A DNA stretch of 55,106 nt, from NCBI GenBank assembly GCA_965372145.1, contig CBDVBE010000001.1, forward strand, positions 1-55,106. Direction: 5' to 3'. The notes under the pieces were generated by a model, which saw only the letters and a program-made list of their open reading frames with translations, did not search any database and was not told the DNA's origin. A program made the translations under genes and the position numbers. Source of the stretch: an uncultured bacterium. GTDB lineage: Bacteria > Fibrobacterota > Chitinivibrionia > Chitinivibrionales > JANQEN01. Shown here one piece after another: positions 53,400 to 55,106 of this stretch (positions within the stretch are counted from its first letter, which is position 1; each line of letters opens with the position of its first letter).

Positions 53400-53558
53400 C
53401 GGTTACGGTTAGGGTGAAGATGCCCGTTTCGTTAATCGGTAAAGGTAACAAATAAAAAGAGATTGACGATTAGCGAATGACAAATGTCGAATTTCGAAGT
53501 TTAAACTGTTACCATAACCTATAGACAATACGGGCATCGTAACCGTTTACCGTTACTG
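53400..53558. repeat. imperfect intergenic inverted repeat
   Basis: CGGTTACGGTTAGGGTGAAGATGCCCGT (53400-53427) versus ACGGGCATCGTAACCGTTTACCGTTACTG (53530-53558). The 9-bp core GATGCCCGT/ACGGGCATC is exact and both arms carry GGTTAC/GTAACC words. Confidence 0.55.
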
Positions 53559-53612
53559 TTTTCTAATGCATAATAATTACTTATAGTAAAGACCTGTATA
53601 AAAAGGAAGACT

Positions 53613-55106
53613 ATGGAAAATGATAATCGATGTGATGTTCTTTTAACCTATCCAGCGGAACAGATTCAGCTTTTTGAGTCTATGATACCACTGGGCATTG
53701 CAAGTATAGCAGCGATGCTGGAGAGACATCATTACTCTGTAAAAGTTGTCGATTTTAATCAATATAAAGGGGATTACAGAAGAGATGTTAAATCATGGAA
53801 ACCGGGAATAATCGGAGTAGGCGGTACAACCCCAACTCGCAAAGGAAGTTTTTTAACCGCCAGGTTATCAAAAGAGGTCTTTCCTGATGTGCCTGTTGTT
53901 TATGGAGGGGTACATGCATCGTTTACTGCACGCGACACTCTTGAGCATGTACCGGAAATAGACTATATAGTTAAAGGTGAAGGTGAGTATACATTTCTTG
54001 CACTCTGCGAGAAGTTTGTCAGAAACAGGCCTGTGGAGATTTCTTCGCTTGAAGGCGTGTGTTATCGTTCACATGGAGAGATAAAGGAAAATAATCATGC
54101 CCGGATACATGACCTTGATGCACTGCCGATTCCGGCACGCCACCTTTTTGATGACGGCTACTCCATGTCACTTGATTGCAATAATGTACAGGCGGATTTT
54201 ATCATGACCTCGCGCGGCTGTCCTGCAGGGTGCTCCTTTTGCTCTGCATCGCGGATGTTTCCCGGCGGGGTACGATTGCGAAGCATGCGCTCGATACAAA
54301 GGGAGATAGATGCCATTCTCTCGCAGAGACCGATTAAGGCACTGAAGATATTTGACAGTACATTTACCGCACATAGATCGCATGCACTTGATTTCTGCAC
54401 GATGATACGTCCCTATGAACTTTTGTGGGAATGTGAAATCCGGGCTGATACAGTAGATTATGACCTGCTCAGGCAGATGAGAAATGCCGGCTGCTGCTCA
54501 ATCGATGTAGGGCTGGAAACAACGAATGAGCAGCTCCTTAAGAAGATGGGGAAGAATATTACACTGCAGCAGGTTGAGCAGGTATTATTCTGGTGCCGGA
54601 AACTGGATATCAAGACAAAGGTATTTTTTACCTTCGGTCATCTTGGGCAGACCTATGGTGATTGTTTACGCGATATATCCTATATCCGGAAGAAGAAAGC
54701 GGTGATTGATTTTTATGCAACAACTATTGGGATACGGGTATATCCGGGGACCGCATTGGAAAAGCAGTTGCAGAAGCACAGGTTTCTGCCGAAAAAGTTT
54801 TCCTGGGCACAATTCACACCCCCGTTAAAGAATTTATTACTCCTTGAGCCGAGCGATGTGCTGCTCCTGGAGCAAAAGAGGCTGCCCTTCTTTAAATTGT
54901 CTACCCTGATCGTCAGGCTGTGTCTGCAGGGAACCGTTTTATCCACCAATTATATTGGAAAGATGTTTTTGCAGAATGTAGTTGGTATTATTGAATGGAT
55001 TAGTGCACAATTCAGATATACGCGGCACAGGGTTGAAAGGATGATAATTAGTTTTTATGGGGGTATCTCCTTGACTGGAGTAACCCCTACCCATTGTGTT
55101 CCTTGG
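53613..55106 (+). CDS. B12-binding-domain radical SAM protein (class B type), 3'-partial at window end
   Basis: Hand translation shows an open frame of 498 codons from ATG 53613 (AAGGAAG upstream) to the window edge. It is absent from the ORF track because it has no stop. The N-terminal Rossmann-like region (IIGVGGTTP...VVYGGVHASF) is followed by TSRGCPAGCSFC (Cx3Cx2C). Confidence 0.8.
   Translation, partial: MENDNRCDVLLTYPAEQIQLFESMIPLGIASIAAMLERHHYSVKVVDFNQYKGDYRRDVKSWKPGIIGVGGTTPTRKGSFLTARLSKEVFPDVPVVYGGVHASFTARDTLEHVPEIDYIVKGEGEYTFLALCEKFVRNRPVEISSLEGVCYRSHGEIKENNHARIHDLDALPIPARHLFDDGYSMSLDCNNVQADFIMTSRGCPAGCSFCSASRMFPGGVRLRSMRSIQREIDAILSQRPIKALKIFDSTFTAHRSHALDFCTMIRPYELLWECEIRADTVDYDLLRQMRNAGCCSIDVGLETTNEQLLKKMGKNITLQQVEQVLFWCRKLDIKTKVFFTFGHLGQTYGDCLRDISYIRKKKAVIDFYATTIGIRVYPGTALEKQLQKHRFLPKKFSWAQFTPPLKNLLLLEPSDVLLLEQKRLPFFKLSTLIVRLCLQGTVLSTNYIGKMFLQNVVGIIEWISAQFRYTRHRVERMIISFYGGISLTGVTPTHCVPW

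Noticed and set aside
1-55106. Calling the palindromic elements MITEs, or the region a mobile genomic island
   Set aside because: No transposase, integrase, tRNA attachment site or flanking direct repeat could be identified in the window. I report the elements as repeats of unknown mobility.

Overview
This 55.1-kb window holds about 50 protein-coding genes. I recognised no rRNA, tRNA, CRISPR array, transposase, integrase or phage genes. All functional calls come from motif recognition by eye; no database search was run.

**Left two-thirds (about 3.9-32.9 kb): a large Wzx/Wzy-type cell-surface polysaccharide (EPS/O-antigen-like) locus.**
- Biosynthesis genes: five GT4, two GT2 and one CgeB-like glycosyltransferase, a WecA/MraY-type initiating transferase, four SAM methyltransferases, a CE4 deacetylase, AsnB and two radical SAM/SPASM enzymes.
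- Export and polymerisation genes: a Wzx-like flippase, a Wza-like exporter, a Wzz/BY-kinase fusion and an O-antigen-ligase/polymerase-like protein.
- Upstream regulatory operon (0.4-3.7 kb): a zinc-ribbon protein, a MinD-like ATPase, a TPR protein and a cNMP-binding protein.
- Interruptions: an HD-GYP gene and a nucleotidyltransferase / HprK-like kinase / S24-S26 peptidase cassette.

**Right third (about 30.6-55.1 kb).**
- Five small STAS or STAS-like proteins, a membrane-anchored pseudo-receiver, a PorV/PorQ-like outer-membrane protein and two beta-propeller secreted proteins, one with a type IX secretion (T9SS) C-terminal sorting domain.
- A DNRLRE/MAM/T9SS surface protein broken by one in-frame TGA.
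- A PqqD plus radical SAM/SPASM operon.
- A 1091-aa membrane-anchored coiled-coil protein and a membrane pyrophosphatase.
- A partial B12-binding radical SAM gene running off the window end.

**Likely source.** The T9SS sorting domains plus clear Shine-Dalgarno sites suggest an uncultivated FCB-superphylum-like bacterium. This is inference.

**Candidates for something new.**
1. The STAS-rich module attached to the PorV-like/T9SS cargo operon has no kinase, phosphatase or sigma partner in the window.
2. The nucleotidyltransferase / HprK-like / peptidase / AsnB cassette sits inside the glycan locus.
3. The PqqD-rSAM/SPASM operon has no obvious precursor peptide.
4. At least eight intergenic nested-hairpin palindromic elements fall into several sequence families.
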